A stretch of 64,000 bases of DNA. Source: an uncultured Actinomycetes bacterium. GTDB taxonomy: Bacteria > Actinomycetota > Acidimicrobiia > IMCC26256 > DASPTH01. The stretch covers positions 1,865,415 to 1,929,414 of the forward strand of contig CAWFXC010000001.1 in the NCBI GenBank assembly GCA_963819735.1, read 5' to 3'. Both the position numbers and the translations under genes were made by a program. Positions 1 through 9,396 of the stretch are shown here, piece by piece. The notes beneath the pieces were generated by a model. The model was given only the letters and a program-made list of their open reading frames with translations. It was not told the origin of the DNA and did not search any database. Position 1 is the first letter of the stretch. Each line of letters opens with the position of its first letter.

Positions 1-1
1 T

Positions 2-1324
<1,323 letters not shown>

Positions 1325-1421
1325 TCCGAGCATCCGTCCGCTATCGTCGAATGCAGGTAACCATCCGGCGAGCCATCCGGCACGCGGTCGCGCGCCGAAT
1401 GGAAGTCGGAGGGCCTGGACC

Positions 1422-2213
1422 GTGCTGCTCGCCGAGTTGAACGTCCGACACACGCGCCGGCACATGCCGACGCGTCGGGTCGCGATCGATCACGGCTACC
1501 TGCCCACGAGCGGCGCCGCGTTCGGCGGGGTCCTGCTCGGAGCCGTTGTCGCCGAGCACGCGCCCGGTCTCGACGAAGACCAACTCGACGCGTTGCCTCG
1601 GTTCGTCGACGTCGCCCGCCGCGGACTCACCGTCCCGCGCATCGCGTTGCGCTACCGGTTGCAGACCGACACCCACGGGCTCGACCTCTCCCGTCATCGC
1701 ATCGTGAGCGCCGCCGTCGAGCAGGGTTCGGTGCGACCGATCCTCGAGCTCGATCGCCACAGCCGATCGGCGCCGCAGGTGATCGGCGCGATCATGGCGG
1801 CTGCCGAGCTGCCGCCGTCGGGCCGCGGCGTGGCGTTCCGCTTCATCGACGCCGCGGTCGCCCGGCCCGGGGTGCTCCCCGAGGGGCTCGACGTGCGCCG
1901 GCTCTACGAAGGGCTACCCGGCGTACGCCCGCCCGCGCCCGGCACCCAGCAGAAGATCGGGTCCAACGGGCGCGACGGTTGGCAGGGCATACCGGCCGAG
2001 CGGCGGTGGGCGATGGAGGTGCTGGGGCTCCATCCGGGCCTGGCCATCGAACGCGACGACGTGCAAAAGCGGTTCCGCCGGCTCATCCGCCTGGCCCACC
2101 CCGACCACGGCGCGGGCAAGGCCGGCGCGGCCGAACGCATCGCCGAGCTGTCGGAGGCGCGGGAGCTCCTGCTCGACGTGATCGCTTCGGCCGGCGAGGA
2201 GCGAGCCGGGTAG
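1422..2213 (+). CDS. Hypothetical protein with a C-terminal J-domain-like segment
   Basis: 263-aa ORF with a GTG start. The C-terminus ([54 protein letters not shown]) contains the HPD tripeptide and helix pattern of DnaJ J-domains. The N-terminal part is unrecognised. Confidence 0.5.
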   Translation: MLLAELNVRHTRRHMPTRRVAIDHGYLPTSGAAFGGVLLGAVVAEHAPGLDEDQLDALPRFVDVARRGLTVPRIALRYRLQTDTHGLDLSRHRIVSAAVEQGSVRPILELDRHSRSAPQVIGAIMAAAELPPSGRGVAFRFIDAAVARPGVLPEGLDVRRLYEGLPGVRPPAPGTQQKIGSNGRDGWQGIPAERRWAMEVLGLHPGLAIERDDVQKRFRRLIRLAHPDHGAGKAGAAERIAELSEARELLLDVIASAGEERAG

Positions 2214-2223
2214 CGTCGGCGTC

Positions 2224-3219
2224 ATGGCTACGACTCCCATCCACGTCACCGTCACCGGTGCAGCGGGCCAGATCGGTTACGCCCTCGTGCACCGCATCGC
2301 CAGCGGTCAGCTGCTCGGCCCCGAGCAACCGGTGTTCCTCCGATTGCTCGAGATCGAGCCCGCGCTCCCCGCGCTCGAAGGCGTCGTCATGGAGCTCGAC
2401 GACGGCGCGCACCGGCTGCTCGCGGGGGTCGAGGCCACGGCCGACCTCAAGACCGCGTTCGACGGCACGTCGTGGGCGCTGCTGGTCGGCTCCATCCCGC
2501 GCAAGGCGGGCATGGAGCGCGGCGATCTCCTGTCGGTCAACGGCGGGATCTTCAAGCCGCAGGGCCAGGCCATCAACGACCACGCGGCGAGCGACGTGCG
2601 CGTGCTCGTGGTGGGCAACCCGTGCAACACCAACTGTCTCATCGCCCGCTCGAACGCGCCCGACGTACCCGCCGACCGCTGGTACGCGATGACCCGCCTC
2701 GACGAGAACCGGGCCAAGACGCAACTCGCCAACAAGGCCGGCGTGCACAACAGTGTGGTCACCAACATGACGATCTGGGGGAACCACTCGGCCACGCAGT
2801 TCCCCGACTTCGCGCACGCGCGGATCGACGGCAAGCCCGTCCCCGAGGTGATCACCGACACCGCGTGGCTGCAGGGTGAGTTCATCGAGACGGTGCAGAA
2901 GCGCGGTGCGGCGGTGATCGAGAAGCGCGGTCAGTCGTCCGCCGCGTCGGCGGCCCACGCCGCGATCGACTCCGTGAACAGCGTGCACTTCGCCACTCCG
3001 GGCGACGACTGGCACTCCCTCGCGGTGGCCAGCACGGGCGAGTACGGCGTACCCGAGGGCCTGCAGTTCGGGTTCCCGGTGCGCAGCGACGGCACGACCA
3101 CCACGGTGGTCGAGGGCCTCGAGCACGACGACTTCGCCAAGGGGAAGATCGCCGCCACCACGCAGGAGCTCATCGACGAGCGCGGCGAGGTGCAGAACCT
3201 GGGGCTGCTCGGCTCCTGA
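2224..3219 (+). CDS. mdh: Malate dehydrogenase (LDH-unlike, cytosolic-type MDH)
   Basis: 331 aa. Has the N-terminal Rossmann motif [14 protein letters not shown], plus VVGNPCNTN and [11 protein letters not shown], which are typical of the MDH family. Confidence 0.95.
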   Translation: MATTPIHVTVTGAAGQIGYALVHRIASGQLLGPEQPVFLRLLEIEPALPALEGVVMELDDGAHRLLAGVEATADLKTAFDGTSWALLVGSIPRKAGMERGDLLSVNGGIFKPQGQAINDHAASDVRVLVVGNPCNTNCLIARSNAPDVPADRWYAMTRLDENRAKTQLANKAGVHNSVVTNMTIWGNHSATQFPDFAHARIDGKPVPEVITDTAWLQGEFIETVQKRGAAVIEKRGQSSAASAAHAAIDSVNSVHFATPGDDWHSLAVASTGEYGVPEGLQFGFPVRSDGTTTTVVEGLEHDDFAKGKIAATTQELIDERGEVQNLGLLGS

Positions 3220-3220
3220 C

Positions 3221-3721
3221 GTGCCGGGCTGGGCGCTGCGGTTCGCGACCGGACCTTCGGGGACGCGCGGTTCGGAGACAGGCGTGTTGCGGGGCGCGGT
3301 TCTACTCGCACTGGGCGAGGAGCGCGCCGTCTACTGGGCGGTGATCGAGTTGGACGACGGCGTGATCGTCGTGCGCGACGACGACGTCCCCTTGCCGCGC
3401 GGCGCGTTGCTCGAGGTGCGGGCCGACTCGTTGTGGGCCGAGTTGGTGTGCGAGGTCGCGGGGGAGCACTGGAGCTTCGGGCTCGAAGCGTTCGGCCTCC
3501 GCCTCGACGATCTCGACGAGGCCCGCCACGCCGAGGTCGGTGAGCGGCTCGCGGTGGGTCTCGACCTCGAGTGGGACGAAGGCCACGTCGTGGGTGAGGT
3601 GCTCCTCGGGTCGGGGCGCATCGCGGTCGACGGCACGGGCACGTTCACCGAGCTGGCGGGTCCGCCGCCGTCGTGGGACGAGTGGCTCTCGGGCGCGAGG
3701 CGCGTGACGCGAGGCGCGTAG
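3221..3721 (+). CDS. Hypothetical protein
   Basis: 166-aa ORF with a GTG start 1 nt after the mdh stop. Codon bias looks coding. No recognisable motif. Confidence 0.35.
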   Translation: MPGWALRFATGPSGTRGSETGVLRGAVLLALGEERAVYWAVIELDDGVIVVRDDDVPLPRGALLEVRADSLWAELVCEVAGEHWSFGLEAFGLRLDDLDEARHAEVGERLAVGLDLEWDEGHVVGEVLLGSGRIAVDGTGTFTELAGPPPSWDEWLSGARRVTRGA

Positions 3722-3722
3722 C

Positions 3723-5288
3723 TCAGCCGGGCGCGCAGTGGGTGCCGGGCGCGGGCGGTGTCCCGTCGACCAGGTAGGCGTCGACGGTGTCGTCGATGCA
3801 CGTGCTGCGCCCACTGCCGTACGCGGTGTGCTCGGTGCTGTCGTACGTGAGCAGATCGGATCCCGCGATGCGGCCGGCCATCGCCTGCGCGCCCGTGTAC
3901 GGAGTGGCGGGATCGCCGGTGGTGCCGATGACGACGATCGGGCCGGTACTGGTCACCCGCACGTCGCCGAGCTTGTCGCCGCGCGCGGGCTTGGGCATGC
4001 CGACGCACGGGATGGTGCCCCACGACCCTCCCCAGGGCGGCAGCTGCGACTGGAAGCTCTGGACCTGCGCCAGTTCCTGGGCGTCGGTGAGCCGGGTCGT
4101 GGCCGGCCGGTCGACGCAGCTGATCACGGCGTTCGCCTCCAGGAAGGGGGTCCAGGTGCCGTCGGTCTGGCGCCCGAGGTACTGATCGGCGATGGCGAGC
4201 AACCGACCGCCCTGACCGTCCTGCACCGCGGGGCCGAGCGCGTCGGCGAGCGCCGGCCATCCGCGCGCTTCGTCGTAGAGCATCGCCAGCACCCCGGCTT
4301 CGAGCAGCGACGGCGTGAGCACGCCTTGGCGCGTGGTGCCGTCGACCGTGTACGACGCCGGCAGCGGCTGCTGCGCGACGCGCGCGATCAGCTGGTTGAA
4401 CACGGCGGCGGGAGGGCCGGACTCGCTCAGTGAACACCGCGTCTGCTCGCACCAGGAGAGGAACGAATCGAGCGCGTGCATGAAGCCCTGCGCCTGGGCG
4501 AAGTCGTAGTCGTAGGTGGACAGTGAGAGGTCGAGAGGACCGTCGAGCACCATGCTGCGGACGTTCCCCGGGAACATCTGCGCGTACGCGGCCCCGAGCA
4601 CGGTGCCGTACGAGTAGCCGACGTACGTGAGCTTGGGCTCGCGCAGCGCGAGCCTGATCGCCTCCAGGTCACGCGCGCCGTTGCGCGTCCCCACCTGGCC
4701 CGCGTACGCGCCCATCCGGGTTTTGCACGCCGCCGCGAAGCCCGCGTTGTACCGGTGGACCACGTCGAGCGCGGCGGCGGAGTCGGCCACCGCGGGGAGG
4801 CCGTTGCCGAGATCGAGATACGAGTCGTCGACGCAGTCGATCGGACGGGAGGCGCCGGTGCCCCGCGGATCGAAGCTGACGACGTCGAACCGGGACCGGA
4901 TCACCTCGGGCAGACGGTCGTAGGTCTGACGCAGGTAGTCGACGCCTCCGACGCCGGGTCCGCCGAAGTTCACGACCAACGCACCGATTCGCGTCGTGGG
5001 CTCGAGGGCCGGATGCCGGATGAGGGCGAGCGGCAACGTCTCGCCCTGGGGTGTCCGCCACTCGACTGGGACCGCCAGCGTGGTGCACTCGAAGCCGTTG
5101 CCGCAGTCGGCCCACGAGACCGCGGTGTCGATCGCGGGGAGCGGCGGCCACGTCGTGGTCGTGGTGGTCTCGGGCGCGGTCGTCGTCGGCTTGCGGGTCT
5201 TGGCCAACGCCGGGGTCGCGAGCGCGGCGGTCACCACCAACGCGAGCAGGAGCCCGCCGACCAAGGCGAGCCGCCGCGGTCTCCGCAT
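3723..5288 (-). CDS. Secreted alpha/beta hydrolase, tripeptidyl-aminopeptidase (S33, TAP-like) family
   Basis: Start chosen at the internal ATG, giving the signal peptide MRRPRRLALVGGLLLALVVTAALATPALA. Has the nucleophile elbow GYSYGT and a TAP-like C-terminus (IGTTGDPATPY). The ATG shares one base with the glpD stop (TGATG). Confidence 0.8.
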   Translation of the reverse strand: MRRPRRLALVGGLLLALVVTAALATPALAKTRKPTTTAPETTTTTTWPPLPAIDTAVSWADCGNGFECTTLAVPVEWRTPQGETLPLALIRHPALEPTTRIGALVVNFGGPGVGGVDYLRQTYDRLPEVIRSRFDVVSFDPRGTGASRPIDCVDDSYLDLGNGLPAVADSAAALDVVHRYNAGFAAACKTRMGAYAGQVGTRNGARDLEAIRLALREPKLTYVGYSYGTVLGAAYAQMFPGNVRSMVLDGPLDLSLSTYDYDFAQAQGFMHALDSFLSWCEQTRCSLSESGPPAAVFNQLIARVAQQPLPASYTVDGTTRQGVLTPSLLEAGVLAMLYDEARGWPALADALGPAVQDGQGGRLLAIADQYLGRQTDGTWTPFLEANAVISCVDRPATTRLTDAQELAQVQSFQSQLPPWGGSWGTIPCVGMPKPARGDKLGDVRVTSTGPIVVIGTTGDPATPYTGAQAMAGRIAGSDLLTYDSTEHTAYGSGRSTCIDDTVDAYLVDGTPPAPGTHCAPG

Positions 5289-6925
5289 CAATTGGTGTCG
5301 GCGCGCTCGGTGGCCACCGCCGACCGGTACGCCGCCACCTGCGCGTCGCGCGTCGCGTCGGACCACCCGAGCTCCCGGGTCATGAGGTCGGCGACGTCGT
5401 CGGCGGCGGCGGCCGACGCGTCGCGCGCGAGGATGCGGGCGCGGGTCCGGCGGCTCAACACGTCGTCGACAGTCTGTGCCATCTCGTGGCGGGCCGCGTG
5501 GACCACCTCGGCCCGCAGGTACGGGAGGCCGGCGACGAGCGGCTGCCCGAGCGCGGGGTCGTCGGCCGCGAGGTCGAGCACGACGGCGGACTCCGACCCG
5601 AACCGGCCGGTGAGGTGCTCGTGTTCACTGGGCTCGAGGGAGGCGACCGGTGCGTCGACGCCCTCACCGCCGACGAGCCGGAGGTGACGCGTACGGGAGC
5701 GCAGGCGACGGACGCCGAGCACTTCGGTGGCGGCGTCGACCGCGTCGGCCGCCATCCGTCGGTAGGTCGTGAGCTTCCCGCCGGTGACGGTGACCACGCC
5801 GCTCGGCGTCGCCCGCACCGAGTGCCGACGCGAGAGGTCGGCGGTGCGCGCCCGCCCACTGACGAGCAGGGGTCGGAGCCCGGCCCAGGTGCCGACGACG
5901 TCGGCGGCGGTGACCTTCTCCGCGGTGACCCCGTTGAGCGCGCCGAGCAGATAGTCGACGTCGGCCGCGGTGCACGACGGGTGGTCGAGCGGTCCGTCGT
6001 AGTCGGTGTCGGTGGTGCCCACGTAGGTCGCGTCGCCCCACGGCACGACGAAGACCGAGCGGCGGTCCTCCGCCACCGGCACGATGGCCGCGATGTCGTT
6101 GCGCACCTTCGCCCACGGCAGGGTGATGTGGATGCCCTTGGCCGGTCGGATCGATGCGGGGTGGGTTCCTTCGTCGAACGCGCGCACGTCGTCGGCCCAG
6201 ACGCCGGCCGCGTTCACCACGCAGCGCGCCCGCACCATGATCTCCTCGCCGTCGACGACGACCCGCGCCCCGACGACGCGCTCGTCTTCCTTCACCAATC
6301 CCGCGACCGCCGCGTAGTTCGTGACCGCGGCGCCGTATGTCGCCGCGGTGCGCGCCACCGTGAGCGTGAAGCGCGCGTCGTCGACCTGACCGTCGTAGAG
6401 CACGTAGGCGTCGGCGAGACGGTCGCGGGCGAGCGTCGGCATGTGCGCCATCGCGGTGTCGATCGAGACGCGATGGTGGCGACGACCGATCCGTATCCCA
6501 CCCGTGAGGTCGTAGGCCCAGAGCGCGCTGCCGAGCAACCGCGCGAGCCGATGGTCGATCACGCCACCCCGCGTCAGCACCGGCACGAGGAACGGCAACA
6601 CGCGTACGAGGTGGGGTGCGTTCTCCAGCGCCCGTTGGCGTTCGTAGAGGGCTTCGTAGACCAACCGGAAGTCGCGCTGTTGCAGATAGCGCAGCCCGCC
6701 GTGCACCAGTTTCGAGCTCTTGGAGCTGGTGCCCGACGCGAAGTCGTCGCGCTCGACCAGTGCGGTACGCAGGCCGCGCGACGCGGCGTCGAGCGCGACC
6801 CCGGCGCCGGTGATGCCGCCCCCGACCACCAACACGTCGAACGCTTCGTCGCCCAGCCGCCGCAGCGCTGCGCTCCGGTCGAACGCACTCCGACCAGACC
6901 AGCTGCGATCGAACCCGGACGTCAC
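5288..6925 (-). CDS. glpD: FAD-dependent glycerol-3-phosphate dehydrogenase
   Basis: 545 aa. Has the FAD fingerprint DVLVVGGGITGAGVALDAASRG and SGTSSKSSKLVHGGLRYL, characteristic of GlpD. Confidence 0.9.
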   Translation of the reverse strand: MTSGFDRSWSGRSAFDRSAALRRLGDEAFDVLVVGGGITGAGVALDAASRGLRTALVERDDFASGTSSKSSKLVHGGLRYLQQRDFRLVYEALYERQRALENAPHLVRVLPFLVPVLTRGGVIDHRLARLLGSALWAYDLTGGIRIGRRHHRVSIDTAMAHMPTLARDRLADAYVLYDGQVDDARFTLTVARTAATYGAAVTNYAAVAGLVKEDERVVGARVVVDGEEIMVRARCVVNAAGVWADDVRAFDEGTHPASIRPAKGIHITLPWAKVRNDIAAIVPVAEDRRSVFVVPWGDATYVGTTDTDYDGPLDHPSCTAADVDYLLGALNGVTAEKVTAADVVGTWAGLRPLLVSGRARTADLSRRHSVRATPSGVVTVTGGKLTTYRRMAADAVDAATEVLGVRRLRSRTRHLRLVGGEGVDAPVASLEPSEHEHLTGRFGSESAVVLDLAADDPALGQPLVAGLPYLRAEVVHAARHEMAQTVDDVLSRRTRARILARDASAAAADDVADLMTRELGWSDATRDAQVAAYRSAVATERADTN

Positions 6926-6934
6926 CGGTTCAGG

Positions 6935-7510
6935 TTACCGGCCGGTAACCGTGGGGCTCCCCGCAGGGGATCGGAGCTCCCTGGGCGCGGTGCGCCAGGT
7001 GATCAGCATGGCCGAGCCGAACACGACCGCCACCCCGATGAGCACGGCCGACGCGGTCGGCAGGAGGTCGTTGGGGTCGGTCCCCGCGCTGAGCAGGTGC
7101 ACGGTGGCGATCGCGAGCACGAGGTAGCTCAGGAGATGGATGCCCCGCCACACCTTCTGGGGGATGTGCTGGCGGGTCAGCGACGTGGCTTCGATCGCCA
7201 CGATCAGATACATCGACACGATGCCCCAGGCCACCGCGAGCGGATGCCACGACGCCGCCATTGGCACGAGTACGTCGGCGAGCCCGAAGTGCACGTAGCC
7301 GTCGGCCAGGATCGCGACGACGTGTACGACGGTGAACACGATCGCCAGGGTGCTCAGGTACCGGTGGGTGGACAGCATCCACGCGGGACTCGGGCGCCGG
7401 CCCAGTGCACGCGTGGCGTGCAGGAGCCCCCACGCACACGACGCCACGATGAGGCCCCACGCCACCAGCCCGCCTGCTCGAGCGACGTACCACCAGAAGT
7501 GGCCGGCCAC
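6935..7510 (-). CDS. Ferric-reductase-like transmembrane domain protein (MsrQ-like haem-binding membrane protein)
   Basis: 191 aa with about 6 predicted TM helices and conserved His residues (THRYL, VVHVV, TVHLL), as in ferric reductase TM components. Confidence 0.55.
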   Translation of the reverse strand: MAGHFWWYVARAGGLVAWGLIVASCAWGLLHATRALGRRPSPAWMLSTHRYLSTLAIVFTVVHVVAILADGYVHFGLADVLVPMAASWHPLAVAWGIVSMYLIVAIEATSLTRQHIPQKVWRGIHLLSYLVLAIATVHLLSAGTDPNDLLPTASAVLIGVAVVFGSAMLITWRTAPRELRSPAGSPTVTGR

Positions 7511-7830
7511 TAGCTGCCGCCGCTGCTCGTGTGGGTCTGCGGCGAGAACTGCGTGCTGCCGTCGTCACTCGACGACCCGTTCGACGATCCGGAGTCGTAG
7601 CCCGATCCGTCGCGGCCCGTCGGGTCGTACGGCGTGGCACTGCCCGACCCGGAACTGCCGGTAGAACCCTGCGGGTTCGATCCGTTGTCGGACGCGACCG
7701 TCGGCGGCTGCGACGAGGCGTTCGCACTGTGATCGCCGGCGGCCATCAGCCCGGCGAGACCACCGGCGACGCCGACGCTGAGACCGGCCGCGAGGACGCG
7801 CCCGCGGGTACTGAGCTTTCGACGCGCCAT
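7510..7830 (-). CDS. Small membrane-anchored or secreted Ser/Gly-rich protein
   Basis: 106 aa with an N-terminal basic plus hydrophobic segment (MARRKLSTRGRVLAAGLSVGVAGGLAGLMAAG) followed by a low-complexity S/G/D region. Its stop shares base 7510 with the downstream start, suggesting translational coupling. Confidence 0.4.
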   Translation of the reverse strand: MARRKLSTRGRVLAAGLSVGVAGGLAGLMAAGDHSANASSQPPTVASDNGSNPQGSTGSSGSGSATPYDPTGRDGSGYDSGSSNGSSSDDGSTQFSPQTHTSSGGS

Positions 7831-7942
7831 GGTGCCAGTGTGCCCTCGTCAACGTAAGGAAACTCTGAGAATCGGGTGAACAGCCGCGCGTCCGGTTGGG
7901 GCCCGGGGTGCTACGGCCGCGGAACCCGCTCGGGACCGACGG

Positions 7943-8287
7943 TCAGATCACCGTGCCGGGCAGGCCGTCGGCGGCGATCACGGGGAGGTCCTCGGCCGCC
8001 CACGCCCGCATCCCGCCGTCGAGGTTGACGACGTCGTACCCGGCGCCGACCAGCGCTTCGGTCACGGCACGCGAGCGCGCCCCCGACCGACAGATGGCAA
8101 CGATCCGTTGGTCGTTCGGCAACTCGCCGACGCGGGCCTGCACCTCGCCGAGCGGCATCCAGACGGCCTCCGGCGCGTGCCCGGCTTCCCATTCGTCCGC
8201 TTCGCGCACGTCGAGGAGGAGCGCACCGCCCTCCACGAGCTGGTGGCCCTCCTCGGCGGACACTTCCGTGACGGGGGGCGGGGTCAT
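7943..8287 (-). CDS. Rhodanese-like domain protein (single-domain sulfurtransferase)
   Basis: Start at the internal ATG, preceded by GGAGGAACC. Has LLDVREADEWEAGHAP and the active-site loop ICRSGARS. Confidence 0.8.
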   Translation of the reverse strand: MTPPPVTEVSAEEGHQLVEGGALLLDVREADEWEAGHAPEAVWMPLGEVQARVGELPNDQRIVAICRSGARSRAVTEALVGAGYDVVNLDGGMRAWAAEDLPVIAADGLPGTVI

Positions 8288-8422
8288 GGTTCCTCCTGGG
8301 CCAGCCGGCCGGGTGGGGGGGCGGTCGTCGGGCGGACAAGGCCTCAATTGGGGAGACCTTTCCTTGAATTCGAGTATCCACTGTGACAGGTTTCACTCTA
8401 GGTAGTCTTGTGAATACTAAGA

Positions 8423-8541
8423 GTGAGGTCTCTGCCTGAGGCCTCCAACCAGGGCAGGAAACCGAGACCCGGGGTGAAGACCCCGGGACGACCTCACGGT
8501 AACCCGGCTCTCCGGTCAGGAACCCCCACCCCGACAGGAGG
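8423..8541 (+). promoter_or_regulatory. Structured 5' leader: candidate riboswitch, closest by eye to the ydaO/c-di-AMP class
   Basis: The outer helix pairs GTGAGGTC (8423-8430) with GACCTCAC (8490-8497). It encloses CTGCC...GGCAG and the hairpin CCCGGGG-TGAAGA-CCCCGGG (8468-8487). There are two similar half-sites, GGCAGGAAACC (8453-8463) and GGTCAGGAACCC (8514-8525). The strings GGGGTGAA and CCCCGACAG resemble conserved ydaO strings as I recall them. The element ends in the RBS GGAGGA (8537-8542). Confidence 0.35.
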
Positions 8542-8544
8542 ATC

Positions 8545-9396
8545 ATGCAACGTCGACGCAGCGTGGTGCTCCTCGCGGTGCCCGCGGTCGTCTTCGTCCT
8601 GACCGCGGGCGTCGCCGTCGCCGCGGCGTGCACGAATCCGCCGACGACGACCGGGGCCGGCCGCCCCGTGACGACCAGCTCCGTCCCCGCAGTCCGTCCG
8701 GGCCAGTCGGGCCAGTCGGGCCAGTCGGGCCAGTCCGGCCAGTCGGGCCAATCGGGAGGCCAGCCGGGCGCGGGGAGCGCCGGCGACCACCAGTATCCGC
8801 AGCAGCACGATGACCACCCCTCCGACAGCTCGTCGGGGGGCACCTCCGGGGAACCGTCGCACCGCCCTACCGGCCCCCACGGCGACGGAGCCACCCCGGA
8901 GGCGCCCCCTGCCGATACCGGTGCCGGCGCGGCGAGCGCGCCCGGTGCCGTTCCGCAGTTGCCGGCGTCGGCATCCACCCCGGCCGCGTCCGGACCCGCC
9001 CTCGCGGGCGCGCCCGTAGTGCCGGCTTCACCGCCGGTCGTTGCCGCGCCGGCAACTGCGACTCCCGTGTTCGCGTCCACGCCCGTGGCCAACACGCCCA
9101 CCGCGCCGATCGCCGCGACCGCCGCGGCTGCGATCGCCGTGCCTGCGGCGGTGGCGCCGGCGGCATCCGCGTTCGACTTCGCGACGCTCCCCGACCTCGG
9201 CGCGATCGGCGTGCTCGGGACCGCGCCCTCTCCCGCGCACACGCTGCTCACGACGCCGGCGGCCCGTTCCCTGGCCGCGCTCATCGCCCTGGCGGCTGCG
9301 ATCGTCCTGTTCCTCGCCCTCCACGGCCTGCTCGACCGGCGTGATCCGAAGTTGATGGCCTCGGGGACCGGCCGGGACTTCGCCCGATTCCGGTGA
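8545..9396 (+). CDS. Secreted, C-terminally anchored Pro/Ala-rich low-complexity protein with a (GQS)n repeat
   Basis: 283 aa with the RBS CAGGAGGA. Has a signal-like N-terminus (VVLLAVPAVVFVLTAGVAVAAA), (GQS)6, long P/A tracts and a C-terminal TM segment (LAALIALAAAIVLFLAL). Confidence 0.55.
   Translation: MQRRRSVVLLAVPAVVFVLTAGVAVAAACTNPPTTTGAGRPVTTSSVPAVRPGQSGQSGQSGQSGQSGQSGGQPGAGSAGDHQYPQQHDDHPSDSSSGGTSGEPSHRPTGPHGDGATPEAPPADTGAGAASAPGAVPQLPASASTPAASGPALAGAPVVPASPPVVAAPATATPVFASTPVANTPTAPIAATAAAAIAVPAAVAPAASAFDFATLPDLGAIGVLGTAPSPAHTLLTTPAARSLAALIALAAAIVLFLALHGLLDRRDPKLMASGTGRDFARFR
8701..8754 (+). repeat. 9-bp tandem repeat (GGCCAGTCG x6, two copies with 1 mismatch) encoding (GQS)6
   Basis: Read directly from the sequence. 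It is in frame inside CDS 8545..9396. Confidence 0.9.

Noticed and set aside
5289-5366. A 26-codon upstream extension of the S33 peptidase ORF.
   Set aside because: It overlaps the glpD 3' end and places Arg/Gly-rich residues before a canonical signal peptide. The ATG at 5288 gives a proper signal sequence and TGATG coupling.
5051-7513. An 820-aa plus-strand ORF.
   Set aside because: It is antisense to glpD and the ferric-reductase-like gene, both of which have strong family signatures. It has the low-complexity R/G/A/P composition of an artefact.
8423-8541. A c-di-GMP-I (GEMM-I) riboswitch as the identity of the leader, tempting because a GGDEF gene is downstream.
   Set aside because: The characteristic GCAAA and ACGCAAAGC-type strings and the two-hairpin tetraloop/receptor layout are not evident. 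The half-site duplication and the CCCGACAG-like 3' string fit ydaO better. The question stays unresolved without cmsearch.
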